IMG/VR virus record: IMGVR_UViG_3300037478_000323
Span: 1-57,653 of that record
Length of the DNA stretch: 57,653 bases
DNA from: a virus
Taxonomy: Duplodnaviria > Caudoviricetes
Strand: one strand, 5' to 3'
The notes under the pieces are model-generated. The model was not told the origin of the DNA. It did no database searches and saw nothing but the letters and a program-made list of their open reading frames with translations. The position numbers were made by a program, and so were the translations under genes. This document shows, one piece after another, positions 1-8,258 of the stretch (position 1 is its first letter; each line of letters opens with the position of its first letter).

Positions 1-126
1 GATTGCGTTCTCTGCCGGGGACAGGTTGTCGATCGTCTCGTCCCCGTTCGGAACTCTTTCAAACACTCTCTTCCAAACCACGGCGACAATCTGGGCGGTA
101 TTCGATGCCACTAGCTAACGAACCAA
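1..126. repeat. Terminal direct repeat (copy 1); probable circular-assembly overlap
   Basis: Bases 1-126 are identical to 57528-57653; the gene order is continuous across the junction. Confidence 0.95.
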
Positions 127-473
127 TTGATTTCAAGCTCGACGCCGACGGCGATCTAGTCGTGCCGATCCAATTCGTCAGCGGTCTCGAAGCCGTGGCG
201 CAGGGGATTCGAGTGCGGCTTCGCCTGTTCCGCGGCGAGTGGTTTCTCAACCTCGACGAAGGTGTGCCCTACTTCGAAGACCTGCTCGGGCGGAAGTTCA
301 ACCGCGCCCGTGCCCGGGAGATCATTCGGACGGAGCTCCTGAAGTCCCCCGGGGTCGTGGAGATCACTTCTCTGACGGCAGATTTCGACGGCCAAACCCG
401 CGCATTGTCCGTGGATTGGGCCGTACGTACCGAATTCGGCGACACCTCGGGTCAAACTGCGGTAGGATTCTGA
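105..473 (+). CDS. Baseplate wedge / sheath-initiator protein (gp25/gp46-like)
   Basis: AVAQGIRVRLRLFRGEWFLNLDEGVPY motif; directly upstream of baseplate J; start placed at ATG 105. Confidence 0.8.
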   Translation: MPLANEPIDFKLDADGDLVVPIQFVSGLEAVAQGIRVRLRLFRGEWFLNLDEGVPYFEDLLGRKFNRARAREIIRTELLKSPGVVEITSLTADFDGQTRALSVDWAVRTEFGDTSGQTAVGF

Positions 474-477
474 TACC

Positions 478-1827
478 TTGGCGGGTCTGACTGAAACCGG
501 CTTCGTGTCCCTGACCCTGCCCGAGGTCCGGGAGGGCATGAATTCTGACTTCCGCGAGGAGTTCGGAAACTCCGTAGATCTTTCTGACGGGTCCGTCGAC
601 GGTAAGATCATCGGCATCGTCGCCGAGAGAATCGCCGCCGTCTGGGAGCTGAGCGAAGCTGTCTACCACGCCACCGACCCGAGCGCTGCCGAAGACGACC
701 GCCTGGCGTCTCTCTCTGCCCTCACAGGGACCCTCAGGCTGCCGGCGTCATCGTCGACGGCGACCCTGACGCTCACCGGAGACGACACTACAGAGGTCGG
801 AGAAGGCTCTCGGGTCTCTACCCTGAGCACCGGGGTAGTGTTCGAGACCGCCGCCGATGTCGAGCTAGCCGCGCTCACGGCGTGGGTGGCGTCGACCGCG
901 TACTCCGTCGGCGACCGGGTCTCGAGCACCGACGCCGCTTGGCAGTGCTCCGTCGCGGGAACCAGCGACACCCCGGACGGACCCGACCCCGACGGGCTCG
1001 ACCAGGGCGACACCCTCGCCGACAATACCGTCACCTGGATCTATCTCGGCGACGGTCTCGCCGCCGTCGATGTCGAGGCTACTTCCGTGGAGACCGGTCC
1101 GCTGGTCGCGCTGTCCGGGGACCTGACCGAGATCGAGACCCCGGTCACTGGCTGGACTTCGGTGATCAACCTGCTTGACGCTACGCTCGGGCGGAACATC
1201 GAGACCGACGAAGAGCTCCGGCTTCGTCGTGTCGATGAGCTGACCGGTCAGGGTAAGTCGACGGTCGACGCCATCCGCGCGGGCCTGATCGATCCCGACA
1301 TCACCCCGGGCGTCACGGCCGCGACCGTCTTCGAAAATATCACCAACGTGACCGACGCCGACGGCATCCCGCCCGGGCATATCGAAGCGCTGGTTCAGGG
1401 CGGTGAGGATCAGGACATCTGGGATACTCTTTGGGACTTCCGCGGCGGTGACACGCACGGCACGGAGGTCGGTACCGTCGTCGACTCCGAGGGAACCGAG
1501 CAGACGGTTAAATTCTCGCGCCCGACCGAGGTCGAGATCCACGTCGAAGTCACTCTGACGAAAGACGCGACCACGTACCCGAGCGACGGCGACACGCAGG
1601 TCAAGGCGGCGATTGCCGCACTTGGTGGTGTGACCGGGGTTGACGCCGTCGCCTCGAGGATTAGCGCCGCTTGCTTCACTGTCGCCGGAGTTATCGATGT
1701 AACCGAGGTTTTGCTCGATGACGAAGCGTCTCCGTCGACGTCGACGACCGTGGCGATCAGTACGCGACAGATCGCCGACTATGATTCGAGCCGAGTCGAC
1801 GTCACCAGCTCGGACGGTACTCCGTGA
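478..1827 (+). CDS. Baseplate J-like protein with inserted carbohydrate-binding-like module
   Basis: GLTETGF N-terminus, GRNIETDEELRLR, VFEN..D.DGIPPGHIEALVQGG, VKFSRP motifs; W.A.TAY.VGD.V insert. Confidence 0.9.
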   Translation: MAGLTETGFVSLTLPEVREGMNSDFREEFGNSVDLSDGSVDGKIIGIVAERIAAVWELSEAVYHATDPSAAEDDRLASLSALTGTLRLPASSSTATLTLTGDDTTEVGEGSRVSTLSTGVVFETAADVELAALTAWVASTAYSVGDRVSSTDAAWQCSVAGTSDTPDGPDPDGLDQGDTLADNTVTWIYLGDGLAAVDVEATSVETGPLVALSGDLTEIETPVTGWTSVINLLDATLGRNIETDEELRLRRVDELTGQGKSTVDAIRAGLIDPDITPGVTAATVFENITNVTDADGIPPGHIEALVQGGEDQDIWDTLWDFRGGDTHGTEVGTVVDSEGTEQTVKFSRPTEVEIHVEVTLTKDATTYPSDGDTQVKAAIAALGGVTGVDAVASRISAACFTVAGVIDVTEVLLDDEASPSTSTTVAISTRQIADYDSSRVDVTSSDGTP

Positions 1828-3056
1828 TCTCCAAGATTGAAGACCACGTCGAGCGAGGGCTCGCGCGGCTGCCGTCTCAGTTCCGGGACAAGCCAAAGCT
1901 AAAAGCGTTCTTGACGGTGCTGATGACCCCGGCGCAGCCCCTTGAAGATGCGCTGTGGCAGCTACTTACGGAGCGAGACATCGACACGGCGATCGGCGAC
2001 CAGCTCGATCAGATTGGGGTGATCGTCAATCAGCCCCGGCTAGGGAACGACGACGACACTTACCGACGCTTCCTGTACGTCAGGATTGCAATCAACAGAA
2101 GTTCGGGCACGCCGGAGGAACTGATCCGGATCGCGAAGCTCGCGCTAGCAGACTTCGATCCTCGCATCGAGTTTGTACACCAGCACAACCGGACGATGGT
2201 TTTCCGCATCCGCGACGCGGCGATCACGTCAGGCGCGGCGGAAGTCACGATCAAGTTTCTGAACCAGGGAAGACGCGGCGGCGTGCGCACGATCTTGGAG
2301 TGGGGCGAGAGCGAGCCTGAGGACGTCTTCAAGTTCGACAATGACACGGAGGCCCTCCACCTCGAGCGCGACGACTCCCAGTACGCCGCGATCACCGACG
2401 GAGCGCAGACGGGGCTCGACGTCACGGGGGCGCTCACGATCGAGTCGCGGGTGCGATTTCAGAATAACGACGCCGACCCCAACCACTCGTTCTATACCGT
2501 TGCGTCGAAGTTCAACACTGGTCAGGAGTCGTACCAAGCAACACTCTACAGACCGGCGGAGGGAACGCTTCGCTTACTCTTGAACCTCTCTGCCGACGGG
2601 TCAGCCAACACTGAATATTATGTAGACGTCAGTCAGCTCGACTTCGACGAGTGGTACAGGGTGGCGTTTCGTTTCGACCCCGCAGCGGGGAGTACAATCG
2701 GAGATCGGACTTCCATTTTCGTCGACGGGGTGGAGCTGCCTCAGCTCGCCACGACCGGCAGCGCGGTGGCGTCCATCTTCGACGGAACCGCAGACTTTCG
2801 TATCGGGGCCCTGGGTACCGGTCTGAGCACTTGGCGTGGAGACATCCGAGACGTCAAGGTCTGGTCCCGTGCCCTCACCGACGAGGAGATCGCGGACGGT
2901 GCCGCGTCGCAGACCGACCTCGAGGGGGACTGGCGGCTTAATGGCGACTACTCCGACGCGAGCGGTAACGACAACACGCTGACGCCGGCTAACGATCCTC
3001 AATTCATCATGATTGGCCCAGGGCTCGACCAGGGTCGCTTCGCAGGGAGAGAGTAA
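1824..3056 (+). CDS. Baseplate wedge protein (DUF2612/gpI-like) with LamG/ConA-like domain
   Basis: IDTAIGDQLDQIGVIV..PR...DD.YR motif; FRIG...WRGDIRDVKVWSRALT..EI and W.LNG...D.SGN LamG signature. Confidence 0.8.
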   Translation: MISKIEDHVERGLARLPSQFRDKPKLKAFLTVLMTPAQPLEDALWQLLTERDIDTAIGDQLDQIGVIVNQPRLGNDDDTYRRFLYVRIAINRSSGTPEELIRIAKLALADFDPRIEFVHQHNRTMVFRIRDAAITSGAAEVTIKFLNQGRRGGVRTILEWGESEPEDVFKFDNDTEALHLERDDSQYAAITDGAQTGLDVTGALTIESRVRFQNNDADPNHSFYTVASKFNTGQESYQATLYRPAEGTLRLLLNLSADGSANTEYYVDVSQLDFDEWYRVAFRFDPAAGSTIGDRTSIFVDGVELPQLATTGSAVASIFDGTADFRIGALGTGLSTWRGDIRDVKVWSRALTDEEIADGAASQTDLEGDWRLNGDYSDASGNDNTLTPANDPQFIMIGPGLDQGRFAGRE

Positions 3057-3721
3057 TGGCGAAACCCACCGATCTACCTAGATTTGGCACCGACGAAAGC
3101 AACGAGTCAGAACCCTCTAGTCAAGAAAAAGATACCGGATGGCTCACCAACCAGACCCCTCCGTCTAGCGTCTTCAACTGGATCCACCGCGTCACCTACG
3201 ACTGGACGGCGTGGCTCGACGACATCGAAGCCCCGGGCTCTGGCGCCGAGTCGCTGTCAATCAACGCCGCCGGCGAGTTGGCTGCTGACGGGGCGCACGG
3301 TGATCGAAAGCTAGTCTTGAACCCTCAGACCGCCAGGGATGCTCAGCTGGATTCGGAAGCTGGATCTATCAGTGCGGAGAAGATCGTGCTCATTGGTACC
3401 ACCGACACCGACGAGCACGGAGTGGACTTCCCAATCACTCTGAGGGCTGGGGACCGCATCCGCTCGGTGCTGTTCTTTGTCAAGGACAACACATCTGGGT
3501 TGACCGTGGACGGCAATCTCTATCGCGTACCGCGCAACGGATCCGAGACGTCTCTGGCGAACGCTAGCACCTCATCGGCCGCAGCCGAAGTCACCATGGC
3601 TTCGATTGATCACACTGTCCTAGAGGACAGTTCATATGTTCTCCGCGCGCAGGTCACTGGCAACGGAGGGCTGCCAGACACCAGCGTTTCTTATGCGGAG
3701 ATCACTTACGACAGACCTTAG
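3056..3721 (+). CDS. Short tail-fibre-like protein
   Basis: N-terminal EPS..KDTGW....PP...FNW fibre-attachment motif; follows the wedge genes. Confidence 0.6.
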   Translation: MAKPTDLPRFGTDESNESEPSSQEKDTGWLTNQTPPSSVFNWIHRVTYDWTAWLDDIEAPGSGAESLSINAAGELAADGAHGDRKLVLNPQTARDAQLDSEAGSISAEKIVLIGTTDTDEHGVDFPITLRAGDRIRSVLFFVKDNTSGLTVDGNLYRVPRNGSETSLANASTSSAAAEVTMASIDHTVLEDSSYVLRAQVTGNGGLPDTSVSYAEITYDRP

Positions 3722-4140
3722 ATGCTGGCGTCGCGCAATACTTGCTTGGTCACAGACACCAAACCACCGCTGCCCCAAACCCACGATTCAGGGTGCCCGG
3801 GAGAATCCATAAGGCAGCCGCTCTCCGGCACGTGCTTCGCGTAGCAGTGTGCGACTTCGTGGCTCAAGGCGGTGTCAGAAGGTTTCTCACCAAACACAAC
3901 CCAGAGATCATCGCAAGCATATGCCAAACCCAACTTCTCCCGACCCTCAAGCTCAATACTCGTCACCCACGTCACCGAGACCTCACGTCGAGGGCTATCG
4001 AACGCCGCCATGTACTCCTGGTGAATAAGCTCGATCGCTTCCTCAGCCCCAGCCGGCGGCTCGACCTCTTCGCCTACGACACCCTCGATCGCCACCGGGC
4101 AACACCCCACCGACGCCACCAAGATCAACGCTAAACGCAT
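3718..4140 (-). CDS. Putative lipoprotein zinc metallopeptidase (moron-like)
   Basis: Signal/lipobox-like MRLALILVASVGCC; HEVAH (HEXXH) motif; own promoter; opposite strand to its neighbours. Confidence 0.6.
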   Translation of the reverse strand: MRLALILVASVGCCPVAIEGVVGEEVEPPAGAEEAIELIHQEYMAAFDSPRREVSVTWVTSIELEGREKLGLAYACDDLWVVFGEKPSDTALSHEVAHCYAKHVPESGCLMDSPGHPESWVWGSGGLVSVTKQVLRDASI

Positions 4141-4176
4141 GAGTAACACCCTACAGGAAATCCCCGACGAGCGCAA
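4141..4176 (-). promoter_or_regulatory. Leaderless sigma70-type promoter
   Basis: TTGCGC-17-TAGGGT-7 nt-ATG on the minus strand. Confidence 0.55.
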
Positions 4177-4225
4177 GCGTGCACGTAAGTGGCGGCGCTA
4201 CGCGGCTCTCCTAGGCGCCGTGGGC

Positions 4226-4251
4226 GGAATAATCTGTCACTCCCTGGCGTC
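4226..4251 (+). promoter_or_regulatory. ECF-type promoter upstream of the holin-like gene
   Basis: GGAAT-N18-GTC; spacer resembles the copies at 10391 and 23709. Confidence 0.65.
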
Positions 4252-4326
4252 AGAATACTCGACGATCTGTCAGATCGCCGTCTCCGCCTGTGGAGCCTTC
4301 TAGCCCGACTCAGGAAAGGTAAACCC

Positions 4327-4905
4327 ATGAAACTCCTAATCACCGTCGCCAGCGCGTTCGCTGTCGGCATGATCGCGTTCACCGCCACCGCGTTCGCCGC
4401 GGGTCTTGTCGACCAGCCCTCCGGCGACCTGGCAGAAATGATTCTGACGGCCGTCACCGGGGGCCAATACTGGCTCGCCGCCGCCGTCGCCCTGGTTCTC
4501 GCCGTGCGCCTGGCCCGCGAGTACGCTCCGAAGACTGGTCCGCTCTCGTTCCTTCGCACCGGAGCCGGCGCCGCTGTCCTGGTCCTACTAGGCTCCTTCG
4601 GCGCCGCTGTCGCCGCCGCTCTCGCCGCCGGGGTCACCGTGACCGCCGCCCTCCTGCCCGCTCTCGGAGTCTCTGTCGCCGCCGCTGGTGGGTTCTCGCT
4701 GATCAAGAAGCTCGGTGTGCCGGTCCTCGGCTGGCTTCGTAACAAGCTCCCCGCCGCCGCCCACCCGGTGATCGATCTGCTGCTCTGGGTCTTCGCGCGC
4801 CCGGATCCCGACACCGTAGCCTCGGCCGCCGGTGACAAGGCCGTAGCCGAGAACCCTAGCACCGGCGCCGCCGGCATAGTCGGAGCCCCCCGTGACGTCC
4901 GCTAA
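4327..4905 (+). CDS. Multi-TM membrane protein, holin-like
   Basis: AGGAAAGG RBS before ATG 4327; several hydrophobic helices; follows the tail genes. Confidence 0.55.
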   Translation: MKLLITVASAFAVGMIAFTATAFAAGLVDQPSGDLAEMILTAVTGGQYWLAAAVALVLAVRLAREYAPKTGPLSFLRTGAGAAVLVLLGSFGAAVAAALAAGVTVTAALLPALGVSVAAAGGFSLIKKLGVPVLGWLRNKLPAAAHPVIDLLLWVFARPDPDTVASAAGDKAVAENPSTGAAGIVGAPRDVR

Positions 4906-5248
4906 CCCGCTCGCCGCCAAGCGGGTGATCGCGCTCCTGGTCGGGATCGTGGTCCTACTGCTCTCGAGCACTGCAGCGTCAGAACCTACTCGGATTCTGA
5001 CGCCGTCACACTGCATGACCGACGGCGGCTCGGAGCTTGACATCCCCCCCGGAGTCTTCGTCCCCGAGCCCGAGTGGCTCACGCTAGACAAGGAGATCCG
5101 CCGCCTGCAGGACGCCGAGACGCGCCTGCAGGCCGAGCGGGACTCCTACCGGGGCATGGCGAACAAGCGGAACATTCTGTTGTCCGGCGCCGTCGGCACC
5201 GCGTTCGCCGCCGGCATTGTGGCCGGCATCTTGTATGCCCGGGAATAG
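4892..5248 (+). CDS. Membrane-anchored coiled-coil protein (possible spanin-like lysis accessory)
   Basis: N- and C-terminal hydrophobic segments flanking a coiled coil; overlaps the holin-like gene. Confidence 0.4.
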   Translation: MTSANPLAAKRVIALLVGIVVLLLSSTAASEPTRILTPSHCMTDGGSELDIPPGVFVPEPEWLTLDKEIRRLQDAETRLQAERDSYRGMANKRNILLSGAVGTAFAAGIVAGILYARE

Positions 5249-5268
5249 TCAGAGACTTCTCTGACGTT
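5242..5268 (+). promoter_or_regulatory. ECF-type promoter overlapping the palindrome GTCAGA-N6-TCTGAC
   Basis: GGAAT-N19-GTT; palindrome at 5248-5265. Confidence 0.6.
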
Positions 5269-5278
5269 ATGGAGATGA

Positions 5279-6436
5279 ATGCCTGATCACCAAAAGCGCT
5301 GCTCTCTCTGCCACGTCGAGAAGCCGCTAGGGGAGTTCTCCAAGCGCACCGACTCGATCGACGGTTACCGAGCGCAGTGCAAGGGCTGCCGAAAAAGAGG
5401 CGGTCCTCGAGACGGCATCATGCCGAACGGCGATTACTCCGAGTTCGTCGGCGAAGGGCTCGCGGTCAAACGGCGCTCCATCCAATACAAGCGCCACACG
5501 GACGGCACCCTAGAGGAAACCGGCGGCTGGCTCATCTCCACCCGCGAGGACGAAGAGCGACAGCGCGCTCTCGAGGAGTACATCAAGGGACTATTCGAGG
5601 GTCACTCCCCCGCGACCAGAGTCAAGGCGCCGAAGCACGTCACTAGCGAGCTAATGCAGCTCTTCGCATGGGGCGATCCACATATCGGGCTGCTCGCCTG
5701 GGAGCAAGAGACAGGCAACCGGTTCGACTTGGAGATCGTCGAGCGACTCATGATCGAGTCGATCGCTCAGGCCGTCAAGGCCGCCGACAACGCAGACGAA
5801 GCATTGCTAGCCACGGTCGGCGACACCTACCACGTTGACAATTTCAGCAACCAGACACCGAAGGGAGGTAACGCCCTCGACGCCGCCGGCCGTTACGAAG
5901 AGATCCTAAGGCTCGGCGGGCGAATCTTCCGCCGGTCCATCGACCTCATTATCAAAAAGTTCAGGGTCTGCCACGTCAAGATCGTGCCGGGAAACCACGA
6001 CCCGGCGAGCACCGCCGCTTTACGAATGGCGTTGATGATGGTTTACGAAAACGAGCCCAGGGTTGTCATTGACCCGGCTCCGACGGCGTTTCAGTGGCAC
6101 CGCTTCGGCGCGAATCTGATCGGCTTCAATCACGGGCACCGAGTCAAGCCCACCGAGCTCGCGTTGACGATGGCGGCCGACTGCGCCGACGACTGGAGCT
6201 CGTGCCCTAACCGCTACTTCTACACTGGGCACGTCCACCACGAGACCCGCAAGGAGATCCACAAGGTGAAGATCGAAACCTTAAACACCCTCGCCGGCAC
6301 CGACGGCTATCACCGCGAGGGCGGTTATCGCTCGGTACGGTCGATGCGGATCGACACCTATCACCGTCGCTGGGGACGAATCAATGAAGCCACCCGCGGC
6401 GTCGGGCAGATCATTGCGGAAATGGGGGCAGCGTGA
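5279..6436 (+). CDS. Calcineurin-like metallophosphoesterase with N-terminal zinc finger
   Basis: DPH, GD, PGNHD, HGH, GHVH motifs; CxxC...CxxC at the N-terminus. Confidence 0.85.
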   Translation: MPDHQKRCSLCHVEKPLGEFSKRTDSIDGYRAQCKGCRKRGGPRDGIMPNGDYSEFVGEGLAVKRRSIQYKRHTDGTLEETGGWLISTREDEERQRALEEYIKGLFEGHSPATRVKAPKHVTSELMQLFAWGDPHIGLLAWEQETGNRFDLEIVERLMIESIAQAVKAADNADEALLATVGDTYHVDNFSNQTPKGGNALDAAGRYEEILRLGGRIFRRSIDLIIKKFRVCHVKIVPGNHDPASTAALRMALMMVYENEPRVVIDPAPTAFQWHRFGANLIGFNHGHRVKPTELALTMAADCADDWSSCPNRYFYTGHVHHETRKEIHKVKIETLNTLAGTDGYHREGGYRSVRSMRIDTYHRRWGRINEATRGVGQIIAEMGAA

Positions 6437-7146
6437 GCGTCGTCTACAACGCCCGAGCCTGTGTCAATGGCTATGTCTGCGACTCTCTGAAGTGCCCCCA
6501 CCCATGCGCTTGGTGCTGCGACCAGAGTTGTCCCAACAACGCCGAACAGATTGCGTCGTGCCCTAACGGTTCAATCTCCTGTCAAGGAGAGTGTCTCACC
6601 GGAGGTGCTTCCGACAGCGTCGAGAGCAACCCTCGACAAGCCGCCGTGGTCGAGAATTTCGCCGTGAGCGACGATCTGTATACCTGTATCGACCCTAAGT
6701 GCACCGTTTGCGAGACGGTTAGACCCGTTCGCGACATGAAAGCGGCGCTGAACTCCGGCATCAAGCCCGATACGACGCACGTTAGAAAATCCCTCCGGGT
6801 CTACTGCGCCCGCGCCTGCGAATACGGAAACGACAAGTACGAGCGCGCGAACTACCTCCGACCCACAGGAAGCGTCGCCAAGGACTTCGAGCGCCTCCGC
6901 GCATACCTGCGCGCGGCTCAGGATCATATCGGCGACGCCCTCGACAGTATGGAGCATCACCAGGCAGGCGATCCCAACCTCGAGAACGTCGATGGAATGA
7001 AGGCCGCCGCCTACGCCACCGACGACGAGTCGGGACTCCCTCACGTCGCGCACGCCAGCGCGAGCCTAAACATGGCCATTGAGCAGGCTGTCCAGTTCAA
7101 CCTGTTGCCCAGAGATCCTGGACAGCCCTGGAAGGATTCGAAGTGA
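6433..7146 (+). CDS. dATP/dGTP diphosphohydrolase-like (DUF5664-type) with Cys-rich N-terminus
   Basis: YGNDKYERANY and D.ESGLPHVAHA motifs. Confidence 0.65.
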   Translation: MSVVYNARACVNGYVCDSLKCPHPCAWCCDQSCPNNAEQIASCPNGSISCQGECLTGGASDSVESNPRQAAVVENFAVSDDLYTCIDPKCTVCETVRPVRDMKAALNSGIKPDTTHVRKSLRVYCARACEYGNDKYERANYLRPTGSVAKDFERLRAYLRAAQDHIGDALDSMEHHQAGDPNLENVDGMKAAAYATDDESGLPHVAHASASLNMAIEQAVQFNLLPRDPGQPWKDSK

Positions 7147-7892
7147 ACCGAAGAAAAGCCGACGAGTACAACCGAGCATCAGGCGACCCAGGACAAGAAA
7201 TCGTCACCGAGCTCACGATCATCGCCCAGAGAGAACTCGAACTCAAGGTCGACGGAATGCTCGGGCCGAAGACCGTCAAAGCCCTCGAGGAGCAGCGAGC
7301 TTTCGCCACTCCGAGATCTGGCTTCGGCGACCTAGAGTCGCTCTACGTCTCGTCGGCTGACTGGCTCGTCGGTCGCGGCGTTCACCTGCGCCCGTCTCAC
7401 CCGTCCTGGTACTACGCGCATCTGGAGAGCCCGACGCCCCAGGCGATCGTCTGGCACCACACGGCGACGGGTCCAAACACCGCCGAGAACATGGCCGAGC
7501 GCCGCTGCCACGCCAGGATCAAGACTGACCCCGCTTCATCCTGGCATATCACCATCGACGAAGACGGTCGCATCTGGCAGATGCTCCCGCTCACCGCTGG
7601 TGGGTGGCACGCCGGCGGCAAGCTCTCGAAGCCGATCCCCGACGTTGGAGTAGCCAATCGCTTCGCCGTCGGGATCGAGCTCGTGTCGCTCAACGGCGAG
7701 GACTACACCCCGGCGCAGGTTGAGGCCGCCGCTCGAGTCGCCCGCGCGATCGTCAACGCCTACCCGATGCCGAAGCACCTCGCCAGCGTCGGACACCGCG
7801 ACATTCACGCGACCAAGAATGACCCCGGCGATGAGTGGATGCTCGACCACCTGCCCCGTGTCATCGAGTTCGCGTACGGGGGTGCGGAGTGA
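7143..7892 (+). CDS. Endolysin, N-acetylmuramoyl-L-alanine amidase (Amidase_2)
   Basis: IVWHHTA, SSWHITIDEDG.I.Q, WHAG, GIEL, GHRD...K.DPG; DG..GP.T peptidoglycan-binding motif. Confidence 0.9.
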   Translation: MNRRKADEYNRASGDPGQEIVTELTIIAQRELELKVDGMLGPKTVKALEEQRAFATPRSGFGDLESLYVSSADWLVGRGVHLRPSHPSWYYAHLESPTPQAIVWHHTATGPNTAENMAERRCHARIKTDPASSWHITIDEDGRIWQMLPLTAGGWHAGGKLSKPIPDVGVANRFAVGIELVSLNGEDYTPAQVEAAARVARAIVNAYPMPKHLASVGHRDIHATKNDPGDEWMLDHLPRVIEFAYGGAE

Positions 7893-8068
7893 TCTGGGCG
7901 CATCTGCTTCTGACCGGGATCACCGCCGCGATCTGCGTCTATACCGTCTTCACCGTTCGGAGCTGCAACGAGAAGCTTCTGAACCAACTCAAGGGTTTTC
8001 TGATCGACGCAGTCAATTCCCGACCCGTGATCCATTACGAGGACTGGAGCGGGAATGGACATCACTGA
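7889..8068 (+). CDS. Small membrane protein
   Basis: GTGA overlap with the amidase; one hydrophobic helix. Confidence 0.5.
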   Translation: MIWAHLLLTGITAAICVYTVFTVRSCNEKLLNQLKGFLIDAVNSRPVIHYEDWSGNGHH

Positions 8069-8258
8069 CGACGCCCTTGACGCCGTCGTGCGCTCCGTTC
8101 TCCTCGAGCACCCGGGGATCAGAACCATCGACGTTCATTACACCGTCTGCAAGCTACTCGGGCGGTACGACATACACGTCGCCGGGTCACTGCGTAGACT
8201 GGTCAAATCACAGCGCGCGATGTTCTCTGACGGCGGCTGGCAAATCGTCGGAAATTGA
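8055..8258 (+). CDS. Small winged-helix-like protein
   Basis: GGAG RBS; coupled to the primase gene; wHTH-like pattern. Confidence 0.45.
   Translation: MDITDDALDAVVRSVLLEHPGIRTIDVHYTVCKLLGRYDIHVAGSLRRLVKSQRAMFSDGGWQIVGN

Noticed and set aside
1-126. Biological terminal repeat
   Set aside because: It falls mid-gene in the baseplate operon and its length fits a k-mer overlap from circular assembly.
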